From Squalus acanthias (Eukaryota): 64,000 bases of DNA. A program made the position numbers and the translations under genes. This document shows, piece after piece, positions 12,949 through 25,442 of this stretch. Every line of letters begins with the position of its first letter. The stretch's first letter is position 1. A model generated the notes under the pieces. It was not told the origin of the DNA and searched no databases. It saw only the letters and a list, made by a program, of their open reading frames with translations. The stretch covers positions 100,938,001 through 101,002,000 of the forward strand of contig CM059432.1 in the NCBI GenBank assembly GCA_030390025.1, written 5' to 3'.

Positions 12949-13613
12949 GGGCTGGATTTTCATTGACCCGTGGAGGTGGGTTTGGAGGCGTGTGGGGGGT
13001 TAAAATTGCGAAAACTGGCGGGCGCCGCCTCCATCCCGCCTCCACGCAATTTTCATTAAATCGTGTCTGCTGGTCCCGACTCCGTCCCGACTCTAAGAGG
13101 CGGGATAGGCTGTTAAGGCCCTTAACAAGCACTAAATTGCCTCTATAATGCCATTTTGAAAGGCCTTTGTGATTTTAACCCTTTTTCTACGTGAAGCACG
13201 CCTGTTCTGAACCACGAATGTGAAACCTGGCGGGAGCACATTTGGCTGGCTGATATGGATGGATGAGGAGGAGACATATCTGGATGGATGAGGAGGAGAC
13301 ATATCTGGGAGTGGTGGTGCAAAAATATCTGGGAGCAGACTTAGGGCTGCTGCTGCTCATTTTGCATCCAGGTCTTCTCACAGCAAAGGCCAGGCAGTCT
13401 CTGAAGACCTTCAATGCAGCAGCAATGATGACATCATCAGAGGCAACTTTCAGACTGAAAACACTAATTGGTTCATGGGTTCCCACATGCTGGAACTCAA
13501 TTGCCCAATTAGGTGAAAATCGCATCAATCTCCCACATCCAATTGCAGTCGGGTGGATAACACGAAAAGTGGATGACACGACCCCAACCCACCCCAGTAT
13601 CAAAATCCAGCCC
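12949..13613. mobile_element. PIF/Harbinger-like MITE
   Basis: Perfect 12-bp TIR gggctggatttt / aaaatccagccc; flanks taa / tat; internal 25-bp tandem duplication at 13256-13305. Confidence 0.8.
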
Positions 13614-15403
13614 TATGTCTCTGAATGTGGCCTCACGACCTTTGTGTCCTACCAGAAAAACGGTTGCACTAAACTAATCAATTAAACATTCAGGTTCTTT
13701 GCCACTGAAATATTGGTTGGGTGGTAACCTGCATTTCACATGTAAGGTGAAAGGACGGTATGCTGATCTACTACAGTGCTCAGTTCCCATAATTGTTCAG
13801 CTTACAGGAATAATACAAGACATTTCATCTGCAGTCCAGAAAGTAATAATAAATAAAAATAATAAATCACATAAAGTTTGTCAACTGGAACATTTTGTTT
13901 TGGCTTTTAAGTTACATTCTAAGACATTAGAAACGGGTCAGAACGAATAAGCAACAAACAATATCAATACCTGATCTGCTGTGGGGAATCATCCCTGATA
14001 GCATTTTTAAAATGGACCTTCTAGGATACTTGAGTGATGTAGTGTGCCTTAGATAACAGCATTTCACCTTAGGGTGCAAATATGGCCCAGACTTAGAGGA
14101 TGGAAATTTTCCATGTCTGTTGAGTGTGTAGGTTCTTTCCGAATTAAGTTTGGCCAGTCCCAATACTGTTCTTGATGGGCACGGGCAATGGCACAGAATT
14201 TGCAGCCACACTCAAGAGAGACCACAAATTGTTTGTTATGAGAAATGAAAAATTGTCTGGTGCAGTAGGAGGTGGTCTTCTGAGGTTGGGCAAAGACATA
14301 TTGTTCAGGGGAAAGTTTTATTGTGCATTAAGTATTCTACGCCTAAACTCGGAGTGCTTAATCTTGGCAGTAAGGGGTAAGTGTTTTGACTTGGTACTCC
14401 TGGCACAGACCTTTGCATAATGGGAATGCATATTGGGAATGTGATGGTCAATGGCTGACATGATTTGCCATTCATTAAAACACAAATTCTCGATATGCAC
14501 TCTCATCACGCAACGTTCTGTGCCCCGAGTGCTGAATCATAAGATTAACCCTTAGATGCGCAACATTAATATCCCTCACCTTGATGAGCACACAGAAGCA
14601 TTGCAATCATGAAAATGTGTCTGGTATCTTTTTTTGTTTGTGGAGAGAGAAGAGCAAGAGAACCCAATTATAAATTAGAACACCACTCATCACATCTTTC
14701 CAGTCTGAGAAACTTCCGTTTATCCAATCCCTTGTTTTCTGCCTGCTCGCCTTCTCTCCATCCATTTGGCCACATTCTCTTTTAATTTCTCCTGCCATTA
14801 TCTTTGCCATGTCCATGATATGGTTCCTATCAATTACTCTTTAAAATTCACTGTATTTCCTTTGCCTATGCTCTCCATTATTTCTTCAAAGAATTCTATA
14901 AGGTTGGTCAAGCGTCCTGATTAACTTGTGATTTTCCTAAGTGCTTAGTAATTTTGCAGCACCTGAAGACCAATTTCTGCAGTAAGTGCACTAAAATTGT
15001 ATGGCAAGGGAATGCAGCTTCAGCAACAAGTCTTTCCAAACAAGTGTGGAGCTGCCTCCTGAAAGTTAGAAATGTGACTGTTTAGCAGAGTAGAGAGAGG
15101 AGAATCGCTGCTCTCTAAACATTGAAATTAAGAGTGGGTAGGTTCCCAACTTGTCTCGGAGGTCCAACAGGTGCCTTAAGCACTTTGCAAAGCATATTGG
15201 ACACCATACCACACTTACACTCCATGCAAAAGACGAGCCGACTCAACCCACTTCACTTTGGTCTGAAGTTGGATCAGACACCAACTGTGGATTTATACTA
15301 CCAGTTTTGTGTCAGTGCAGAGAGGAAATTGCTTTGTACCAATGCTAAAATTGCAGTGGAAATGCACCTTTAAACAGCAATAAATGGGTAAATCTTCTTA
15401 CAG

Positions 15404-15793
15404 AATGGAGAGAGCTGGGGTTATTTTCGTTAGAGCAGAGAACGTTAAGGGGAGATTTAATAGAGGCATTCAAAATCATGAAGGGTTTTGATTGAGTAAA
15501 AAAGGAGAAACTGTTTCCAGTGGCAGAAGGGTCAGTAACCAGAGGACACAGATTTAAGGTAATTGACAGCAAGTTGTGATGATCTGGAATGCACTGCCTA
15601 ATGGAGTGGTGAAAGCAGATTCAATACTAACTTTCAAAAGGGAATTGGAAAAATACTTGAAGGGGAAACACGTGCAGGGCTATGGGGAAACGGCAAGGGA
15701 TTGGAACTAATTGGATAGCTCTTTCATAGAGACAGCAGAGGCATGATGGGCCAAATGGCCTCCTTCTGTGCTGTATCATTCTATGATTCTATG
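15404..15793 (+). mobile_element. CR1 3' fragment
   Basis: LGLFSLEQRTLRGDLIEAFKIM...TRGHRFK; tail attctatgattctatg. Confidence 0.88.
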
Positions 15794-16489
15794 AGAATTA
15801 TAAACCAAGAGACTGTAGTTTAGTTAATCTTACTTTAGTTGTTGGTAGACATTCACATTTCTAACAATCAGCAAGCCTTCTTGCTGGGAGCAGAACCTCA
15901 CAAAATTATCTCTAAATTCATATATACAGAAAAAAAATTAAAATAAATGAGATTAAATATGAAATCTAATGTTCAACATTTACCATGTCAAACTAAACCA
16001 CAAAAAATAATCTATGGAAAGAAAAGTAGTGCAACAAGGTAGCAGCAATGTGTTCTTGAAACAACCAAAACACCAGCTGCAGCAGTAATTTCTCCAAAGC
16101 AATAGAGCTGTGCCTGGAGGAGCAGGTAACTTTACTTTCAAAGAATCAGATCTTCCTGTGAGTTTTCTATCGCTCTTTGTTAAAATCCATGTCCCAGCCC
16201 ATTGCCTCTTTGGACAAAGTATCAACTCTCAAGGTGCACAGGGTGGGCCCCAAGTCTGGTCACATCTGCTACATAGTTGGGTAGGCCTGTTTGCTAATTG
16301 TCTGGGCCGTGCCTCATCCAAGCCCACATATGGCCACATCATTGGTGCCACTAGTCTCCCACTATAACTCCAGTAGGAGATCAGCAGAACCCCCAAAGAA
16401 ACCGCATAAATGATTGTTTCTCTGGAAGATTTTCTCCCATCAAAGTTACAGTGAAAGACTGGTAGAACACCCATAGAATTTCAGTGCCT

Positions 16490-17260
16490 GTTAGTTTACC
16501 AACAACTGAAGTAAGCTTAACTGGACTACACTCTCCTGGTTTTTATGTCTTTTTTTCCCCAGAGGGTGTCGCATATGGCACTCTCCAGTTCTCTGGCATA
16601 ACTTTCCTTCCCACAGATTTTTGGATAACTATATTCAGAGTCCCTGCTATTTCTTCATTAGCTTCCCTTCGAATTTTCAGAAAGAAATCATCAGATCCCA
16701 ATGATTTGTCGACCTTAAGTCTGAGATAAACTCTTTAGTACCATTTCTATTTGAATAACAACCTCCACTCATAGTACTACGACTCACATCTATTGGTTCT
16801 ACAGTCGCAATATTCACCTCTTCTGTGAAAACTGAGGCAAAGTGCTTATTTAGCATTTCTATCAATCTCTTTCTTTACATGACAAGGTTGCCTCTTTCAT
16901 CTGCTAGCAGTCCGACTCCTAACCTTGACTATCATCTTATTACAAATGTGCATATGGAAGCCTTTTAATTGTTCATTGTGGTTTTGCTAATTTTCTCTCG
17001 TGGCCTTTTTAAGCCACCCTTTTTCTAGCTTCTCTGTATATTCTTTATATTTGTCCTGGCTTTATATTTTATTATTTACCCTGTAAACGATCATCTTTTA
17101 AATTTTAATATTTGACCTAATCTCCCTATTTATCTTTGGAACACCAGCCTTTGACACACTCCCTTTTTCCCTTACTGATTCTTTTCACCTGTTGCTGAAA
17201 TATTTCGATTACTAACCTCCAGTTTTATTTGACAATTGTTCATTCCATTTAATGTGGCAA
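16490..17260 (-). mobile_element. Old, decayed CR1 ORF2 fragment
   Basis: ORF 16677-16865 contains EMLNKHFASVFTEE, homologous to LNTYFGSVFTKE in the younger copies. Confidence 0.7.
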
Positions 17261-17271
17261 GAATTCTATGG

Positions 17272-18085
17272 TGCAGGAGTGAATTGATTTTTTCCTCTCA
17301 CTGTTTTATGTGGCACTAACTGCATATTCATATATGCAGCATGCCTTACTAATGAGGGAGAAAGCACCTTTAACCCTATATTGGTTTGATTGATTTGTAT
17401 GCGTTAAGTTTAATTGCAAACAAAGACAAAGGGTAATGTTAACTAAGTCATTGGAGCAGGATAATCACCGCCATGATGCATAACAATCACAAAGGGGAAT
17501 GAGTAGACACATGCTTTAGAAGAACAGGATTTAGGTGCTGGAATTCTGCAGGGTTACACTGGTCTCCTGCCATAACTCCAGTGGAAGACCAGCAGAACGG
17601 CCAGAGAATGAACATAAACGGCCATAAACTCCACTTCCCTTGGGGGTTCCAAGGTCTCCCACCGGAGTTACAATGGGAGACCGGTAGAACACGTACACAA
17701 TTTCGGGGCCTCAGAGTAAAATAAGGATCAAAAAATGAACTTTTGAAAAAAAAATACTGCTCAACAAAGGCACAGAAATCCGTAAGTGGGCGGTGCCAGT
17801 TTGCCCCACAGTATTCCAGCACCTAAATCCTGTTCTTCTAAAGCATGTGTCTACTCATTCCCCTTTGTGATTGTTATGCATCATGGCGGTGATTATCCTG
17901 CTCCAATGACTTAGTTAACATTACCCTTTGTCTTTGTTTGCAATTAAACTTAACGCATACAAATCAATCAAACCAATATAGGGTTAAAGGTGCTTTCTCC
18001 CTCATTAGTAAGGCATGCTGCATATATGAATATGCAGTTAGTGCCTCATAAAACAGTGAGAGGAAAAAATCAATTCACTCCTGCA
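17272..18085. repeat. Near-perfect inverted repeat: 273-bp arms (17272-17544, 17813-18085), 268-bp spacer
   Basis: Arms are reverse complements with a single mismatch found by eye (gtggcac vs gtgcctc). Confidence 0.95.
17533..17711. mobile_element. Short palindromic MITE (family also at about 16345-16488, 19184-19293, 41748-41902)
   Basis: Shared internal arms (c)cataact(c/t)cag...(g)gagtta(c/t) and gg.....aatt / aattt....cc ends. Confidence 0.7.
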
Positions 18086-18274
18086 ATATGGTGTGGGCAG
18101 AAACGAGGCGGACGCCAATTTTTCAACAACACCGGCCTTAACAGCCGGTGCTAAGGTGCCGAATTTGAGGCCCATAGAATTTTAAAAATTACTATAAATA
18201 TATACATTCAATTTTTCACACTACTTGGTGGCTCATTTAGTCCTCATTCTTATTATGCAATGATTCTGGTCTTT

Positions 18275-19183
18275 CAACAACAACTTGTATTTATATAGCA
18301 TCTTTAACGTAGTAAAATGTCCCAAGGCGCTTCACAGCAGTGCTATAAAACAAAATGTGACACTGAGTGACATAAGGTCAAATTAGGGCAGATGACCAAA
18401 AGTTTGATCAAAGAGATAGGTTTTAAGGAGCTTCTTACAGGAGGAAAGAGAGGTATACAGACAGAGAGGTTTAGGGAGGGAATTCCATAACTTGGGGCCT
18501 AGGCAGCTGAAGGCATGGCCACCAATGGTTGAGCGATTAAAATCAGGGATGCAGAATTAGAGGAGCGCAGATATCCCGGGGGGTGGGGGGCGTTTGTGGG
18601 GCTGGAGGAGATTACAGAAATAGGGAGGAGCGAGACCAAGGAGGGATTTGAAAATAAGGATGTGGATTTTAAAATCGAGGCGTTGCTTAACCAGGAGCCA
18701 ATGTAGGTCAGCGAGCACAGGGGTGATGGGTGAACGGGACTTGGTGCAAGTTAGGACATGGGCAGCCGAGTTTTAGATGATCTCAAGTTTATGTAGGGTA
18801 TAACGTAGGAGGCCAGCCAGGAGTGCGTTGGAATAGACAAGTCTAGAGGTAACAAAGGCATGAATGAGGGTTTCAGCAGCGGATGAGCTGAGGCAAGGGC
18901 GGAGACAGGCAATGTTACGGAGGTGGAAATAGGCAGTATTAGTTATGCCACGGATATGTGGTCAGAAGCTCATTTCAGGGTCAAATATGACACCAAGGTT
19001 GCGCACAGTCTGGTTCAGCCTCAGACAGATGCAAGAGAGAGTGATAGAGTCGGTGGCTAGGGAACGGAGTTTGTGGCGGGGACCAAAAACAATGGTTTCG
19101 GTTTTCCCAATATTTAATTGGAGGAAATTTCTGTTCATCCAGTACTGGATGTCGGACAAGATGCCTGACAATTTAGAGACAGT
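18275..19183 (-). mobile_element. L2 LINE 3' fragment
   Basis: Same tail; ORF 18962-19309 includes WMNRNFLQLNIGKTE...VRNLGVIFD. Confidence 0.92.
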
Positions 19184-19459
19184 GGCGCGACCCCCAGGGA
19201 ATCGGTGTAAATGGTTGTAAACGGGATTCGGCTGGTCTCCCACAGGAGTTATGGCAGGAGATATGTAGAAGTCCCGCAGAATTTCAGCGCCCCTGTGGCC
19301 TATTTCCAATGGTGTACTGCTACTATTTCCACACGAGACATCATTTGTCTCACAACAGTGGTCTTGTCCATTTTGGTGGCTTCTGTAATATTAGCTTCCA
19401 TTTGAAAGAAAACCAACACGGCTTCCCTATTAATGCAAGAGGTAGTAATGGTTTCATAA

Positions 19460-19480
19460 TGTGTGTGTGTGTGTGTGTGT
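19460..19480. repeat. (TG)n microsatellite
   Basis: About 10 TG units. Confidence 0.9.
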
Positions 19481-20110
19481 ATGATGGTCAGAATGTATTT
19501 TAAGTGCTGTACTGGTGTGTTGCTGTTTGTTTTTAACTTCTTTGTGCAGCTCAACTTTATTTAGAACAGAATCTGACTGAGTTTATATGCAACTTCATAC
19601 ATTTCAATTCAACTAACTTGAAGGGAAGAATCTACTACAACGCTATTCACATTTTAGATTCAAATACAGTAAACTATACACTAAACATTAAGAGAAAAAA
19701 ATTAAAACACTTCACTGTTGGAATCAAATGGAGGCTCCAATATTTCAGTTAGTGGCCACAGAATCTCCATTGGAACTTGGTGATCAAAACTTTTTGTTTC
19801 AAAGTGAAGTCAGTCAACTCTGTGGTCCTACATTTGCAGCATTACCAGACCCTGGTCAATGAACTCTGTAGATGATGATCCAAAGGCATGATCCATCAAT
19901 TCCAGCTGGAAGCAGCACTCATAGGGAGATTATCCTGGAAAATTGCAAGCGACAGCCCATGGATTCCCATCGATTAAAATGACCCTAACCACAATTTCCT
20001 GAGATGTGATCCCTGCTGGGATTGCTGGATCATGTTTAATGTACCTCCCTCCCGCTCCCAAGGATTCTATACAACATTTTGTATCATTTTGATTCAGTTC
20101 CTTTCAGGCA

Positions 20111-20304
20111 TCACCTGCGTCAGTAATCACCTGCGTCAGTAATCACCTGCGTCAGTAATCACCTGCGTCAGTAATCACCTGTGTCAGTAATCACCTGCGT
20201 CAGTAATCACCTGCGTCAGTAATCACCTGCGTCAGTAATCACCTGCGTCAGTAATCACCTGCGTCAGTAATCACCTGCGTCTAATCACCTGCATCAGTAA
20301 TCAC
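20111..20304. repeat. Minisatellite, 12 copies of 16-bp tcacctgcgtcagtaa
   Basis: Head-to-tail, no spacers; three variant units (copy 5, copy 11 with a 2-bp deletion, copy 12). Confidence 0.97.
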
Positions 20305-20554
20305 AACGGTCTGTTGCAAGTAAATATTGCCATCTTCAAACTTTAATTGAAGAGAGATTGCTAATGAAAGGTAAATGATGCCACTATGCTTGTTCAATTT
20401 ACATTGTTTAAAACACACTGGCCGGAATTTTCCGGGGGATCAGCAGCCGGGATCGGTGGTGGGTCGGGTGGGAAATTTGATTTCTTGACAGCGGGTCAGT
20501 CTGTGTTGGTCTCCTGAGGAGGTATCTTCCGCCCATCGGAAGGGCAGAGGACCT

Positions 20555-20670
20555 CCCTGCGTGAAGTTCCTCAAGATGCAGGCACGTACTGCAAACATGG
20601 TTGTCCGGGATCACAATGCTCTCCACAAACTCCCACATGCTGCAGTTAAGGCACACCACCTGCACTTAAT
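20555..20670 (-). mobile_element. CR1 ORF1 N-terminal zinc-finger relic
   Basis: VVCLNCSMWEF...PDNHVCSTCLHLEEL: CxxC-MWE...CxxC-L pattern characteristic of CR1 ORF1. Confidence 0.65.
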
Positions 20671-20731
20671 TTGTATTTAAGTAACTTAGTTTACAGTTTA
20701 GTTTCTTGACTACTTAATTGATCTAGATTAA

Positions 20732-22287
20732 GGCCGTGAATTTAATCGCGCTGAGGGGACGGGTTTGGAGGCGGGTCCGCTGTCAAAATCGCAAATATTG
20801 ACAGTGGGTAGGAAACCCGCTGTCAACCCGCCTCCACGCGAGTCTCCCAGGTGTCAGGTCTGTCAGCGCAGACCTGACCCGACACCAAGCGGCGGGGGAG
20901 ACAATTCTGGTACTTAAATGGCTTGTTAAGAGCCAATTTAAGAGTCTTTTGAGGCTCACTTGTAATTTTACCTTCTCCCCCACGGGTTACCCGCTGTTCG
21001 GGGAACACGCCAGCTCAACCTGGCGTGTTGAGAGTCTGGTCCGATGTTTGTGAAAAGCTGACAGCTGCAGAAGTGGTGTCAAGGATGCCATGTTGCACAT
21101 GGTGAGTTTCAGAGCAAAGAAAATGTTGGTTACTGCATTTTTAATACATATATAGATTTCTTTAGCTTACAAGTTTTTAGATCCAACTGTATGTCCAGTG
21201 CCACCTCATTGGGAGAACCTCTCTCACCAGTGACAGATCGCTTCTGTCACCTCACCTGTAGCTGCCATCTAATCCAGCAACATCGGAGCCAATTAAATAA
21301 TCAGACCTTGGTCCTCCGAATCTTTCCACAATCATCCCCAACACCAACATCACCAACCTTCGCCGCCATCACCTGATGCTGCACTGGACACAGGGCATCA
21401 GCCTCTGACAAAATTGCTGGCCTGCGATGGCATCACCATGGCCAGACTTTCTTCACTTGATGCTGTAAACCCTGGCTGCCACATGATGCGGCAGGTTGAC
21501 ACCATCCCGCACCAGCACCGTGAAGCATCCCTTTAATGTCCAAGCCATTCCATGCACACACATCACTATAGCGGGGCGGGGCGTGGGGGGGAGGGGAGTT
21601 ATGACTGAACAATCACTGGAACTCAGTAAAACACTTCTCAATGTGCGCTCAGATCTATCCAATAAGGGGCACTTTTTGAAAAAGAGGTTTCACTGTATGA
21701 CAACACATTATCAGAAACTTCACATGGACATTGGCTAAACCTCTCAAGTGCCCACCCTTGTGTGTTGTGAGTTGGTATGCTTGCAGTAGAATGAGGGTGA
21801 GTGTGAGGGGTGGCTAGTGAGATGGGGAAGTGATAAAGTAGATAGAGAGGGTTGGGTGGAGGTGCAAGGTAAGTTGGTGTCCTGAGGAGGTCTCTTCCGC
21901 CCTTGGAAGGGAAGAGAACCTTCCTGCGTACTGTGACTCCCTCCATAAGCATATGGAGGGAGTCATTGGAGAGTCTGGGTGCAAGAGTTCATCTTTGTGC
22001 AGTGATTGTCAGTGTTTTCAGCACCTCAATGCTATCAAACACTGAAAAATCAACTGTCAAAATAAAATTGTGCATGGTCCCTTTAAGGAAACTGGCAGAT
22101 GACGCGTCCATCAAATGACATCATCAGACCTGCTTCCTGTTAATTGGCCGGTAAGCCCACAGGGCAGGCATGGCAAGGCCAATCAAGGGAAAATCACATC
22201 TGCAGAGCGGAGGCAGCTGGGGGCGGGACCAGAACCCGGAAACCAGCTGACCCGCCCCATCCCACCTCCTCCATTAAATTTGCGGCC
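20732..22287. mobile_element. PIF/Harbinger deletion derivative, TSD TAA, with Myb/SANT-like gene relic
   Basis: TIRs ggccgtgaatttaat / attaaatttgcggcc (13/15); taa on both sides; minus strand at about 21880-21990 reads APRLSNDSLHMLMEGVTVRRKVLFPS. Confidence 0.82.
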
Positions 22288-23485
22288 TAAGTTATGGGTA
22301 ATGATATTAAATATCTACCTGTAACACAAAGCATTACAAGTAGTGTAGGCAAAAAGCAGCAACTCCTTCCCCCTCTTCTCCGAATTCCCACTCTAACAAG
22401 CCCTATCAACGTAAAATCATTTTCCAGAGCGGGATGGAACCTGCAGTGGGGTCGGGATCCACCACCGACACCGCCCACCCTGGACCCGACGAGGTAAGGA
22501 AAATCTCGGCCCCTGACATTGCTATTTTGATTTCTCTTTAAATTGTAGCTACCCAGCTGCATTTCCCTTTCCAGTTGAGTTTGCACATAATCACATACAT
22601 AGTGCTCTCTAGGTTTCTTTCAATCTAAAAATGCTGTGTATTATGTAAATAAGCGTGAAATCTAATTATACTATGTGGCACGTGGCTAATTTGTAAAAAT
22701 TTATTTCTGGTTGGCAGATGAAAGAGATCAAAAGGGCGCAGTAAGCTAAGTTAAAGAAGAGATATGTGGATTGTGTGGAACTGAGCCACTGAATTGTTAA
22801 AGGGAAATATCACTTATGCCACATGATAAACATTTTAAATTGAGAACAATGAGCTGCAAGACTCAAATTTAATTCCAGATGAACAGATCATGAAAATAAT
22901 TAGCACAGAGGGAAAAAGCTGTCAAATTCCATGTACTTTTATAAATATGTTAATTTAAAATGATAAAACTACATCATCCTCAGACAGTTGACAGCAGATT
23001 TGATTAATTAATTCTGCCTCTAATTTGTAATCCTAACAGACCTGATTATTTGATTAAACCTTCTGACGACAAGTTTTAATTTAATTTTAGTCGAAGTAAT
23101 TTAAACAAATGTACATATCATTAATCACCTGTGCTTCAATATGAGATATGAAAAAAAAAATGGAATTACTTCTAATCCCATAAAGAAGCAATCGTTCAAT
23201 CATTTGCTTTTTCAAGAATGTTGCCGTTGATAGTTGGGAAACACCTTTCAGCCATTATTTGCAGCAAGTGGCTATACCTGATGCTGCCTTGCAGCTTATA
23301 GAACTCCAACCTTAGGAGAGCATCCTCAACTTCATCAGTGTGATATTTTTACATCTTTCACCAGTCATTCTTATAGTCTGATAGTCTCTCAGAATAAATT
23401 GCCAATTCATCACAATTTTGGTACAATCATGACCTTGGAACTGAATTGAAGTGGCACAAACTCATTTCACACCAAAAAAGAAAAA

Positions 23486-23662
23486 AACTGCAGATGTTGG
23501 ATATCCGAAATAAAAACAGAAAATGTGGGTAACACTCAGTCGGTCATACAGTGCTACAGCTCTGATAAAAGGTCACGGACCTGAAATTTTAACCCTACTT
23601 TCAACGCTCCACAGATGCTGCCTGAGCTGCTGAGTGTTGCCAGCATTTGTTGTTTTTATTTT
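23486..23662 (+). mobile_element. Penelope-like pseudo-LTR with inverted partial copy; decayed hammerhead at 23558-23594
   Basis: About 23507-23539 (aaataaaaacagaaaatgtgggtaacactcag) is an imperfect reverse complement of about 23630-23661 (ctgagtgttgccagcatttgttgtttttattt). The ribozyme core is mutated to CUGAUAA and GAAAUUUU. Confidence 0.75.
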
Positions 23663-24254
23663 GTTTGACATCAGACCCATTTAACTAGCAGAGATAGAAA
23701 ATGTTCATTCTATTAGTTTGAGCTCCATACAAATTCTAGAGGGCGATGGGTAAAAGGAAAGTGTTTTAACAAAATGTACTGTGAAGTCTTTATCACCTTC
23801 CCCCCCCCCCCGCCCACCACCCACACTCTGAAGACAGTCAATCACATCTTGGACCCGTAAACTGAGAAATATTAAAGTGTGATTTTAAAACTAATTGCTA
23901 TTGTATTTGACAAGGGACATTATGACTGCCAACTAGCCAAAATGGTTTGCACACTATATCATATTAATTATCATAGCTGAGGGATCTCATTTGTGCTTCT
24001 AAGTTGGTTGATAAACAGATGTATATCTAAATTGAAGTTAGCATTAATTGTAGTATAAATATGACTAGACTATAAATTTCTCTGCTTTATCTAAATTAAG
24101 CATATTTTTGCTCCATCATAATTTGCTCCTTATATTCCTGTTAGCCCTTACTGCACTGTGGATGAGCTAATTCATCTGGGTGCACTCGCCTAATTTATAA
24201 AAACACATCAGGAATAGATGCAACCATATTAATTATTTCTCTTCTGGCTTTCAA

Positions 24255-25181
24255 TCGTCTAAAGAACAGTTTGCAGATAAAACTAAGTTAGGAGGCACAA
24301 TAACTTGTCTGGGTGGGAGCAGGAAGTTACAAAGGAATATAGACAGACTAAATGAGTGGGCAAATCTATGGCAGATGGAGTTCAGTGTGGGGAAGTGTGA
24401 GGTCATCCACTTTGGATCTGAGAAAGACAAATCAGAATATTTTCTTAATGGTGAGAGACGAGGAGCTGTGGAGGAGCAAAACAATTTAGGTGTCCATTCA
24501 CACAAATCACCGAAAGCTAAAGTACAGTTACAAAAATAATCAAAAAGGCTAATGGAATGTTGACCTTTTTCTCAAGGGGGTTGGAATTCAAATGTGATCG
24601 AGTGATGCTTCAGTTGTACTGAGCCTTGGTGAGACCCATCTGGAGTACTGCAATCAGTTTTAGGCACCAAACCTCAGGAAAGATAATATTGGCCTTGGAA
24701 GGGGTGCAGCACAGATTCACCAGAATGATAAGAGGGGTTAAAATATGAGGGCAGTTGCATAAACTTGGCTTGTATTCCCTTGAGTTTCGAAGGTTGAGGA
24801 ATGATCTAATTGGGATGTTTAAAATGATAAATGGATTTGATAGGGTAGGTACAGACAAATTATTTCCTCTGGTATGGGAATCCAGAACAAGAGGGTATAA
24901 TCTTAAAATTGGTGCTAGGCCATTTAGGAGTGAAATCAGGAAGCACTTATTCACACAATGGGTACTGGAAATCTGAAATGCACTTCCCCAAAATGCTATA
25001 GATGCTAGGCCAGTTGAAATTGTCAAGACCGAGATCGATAGATTTTTGTTACGCAAGGGCACCAGGGGATCGGGGATATGGAACACGGCACGTAAATAGA
25101 GTTGAGGTACAGATCAGCATGATCAAAATGAATGTCAGTACAGGTCCAACGAGCTGAATGGCCCACTCCTATTCCTATGTA
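24255..25181 (+). mobile_element. CR1 3' fragment, decayed
   Basis: FADKTKLGG, WQMEF, KCEVIHFG, LGLYSLEFRRLRNDLI; CR1 3' UTR. Confidence 0.9.
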
Positions 25182-25442
25182 ACTCCAAAGAGGGTGGTGG
25201 GGGTCATGAATAAGAAGGTAAGTAGAGGGACTAAAATTCAATTTTTCTTTAAGAGAAATATTGTGTCAAAAGGATATATTTACTTAAAAAAGTCTAACTG
25301 AAGGTTAAAATAATAGAATAGTGAGAGAATTACATTACATAGGATATACAGCACAGAAACAGGCCCAACCAATCCAAGAAAGGGAATGGAATTATCGCAC
25401 AGTATAATCTCAAGGCCAAAGGGTTAAATCAAGACAGGAAAT

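Noticed and set aside
20111..20304. CRISPR-like array
   Set aside because: Units are head-to-tail with no unique spacers, there are no cas genes, and the context is eukaryotic; it is a minisatellite.
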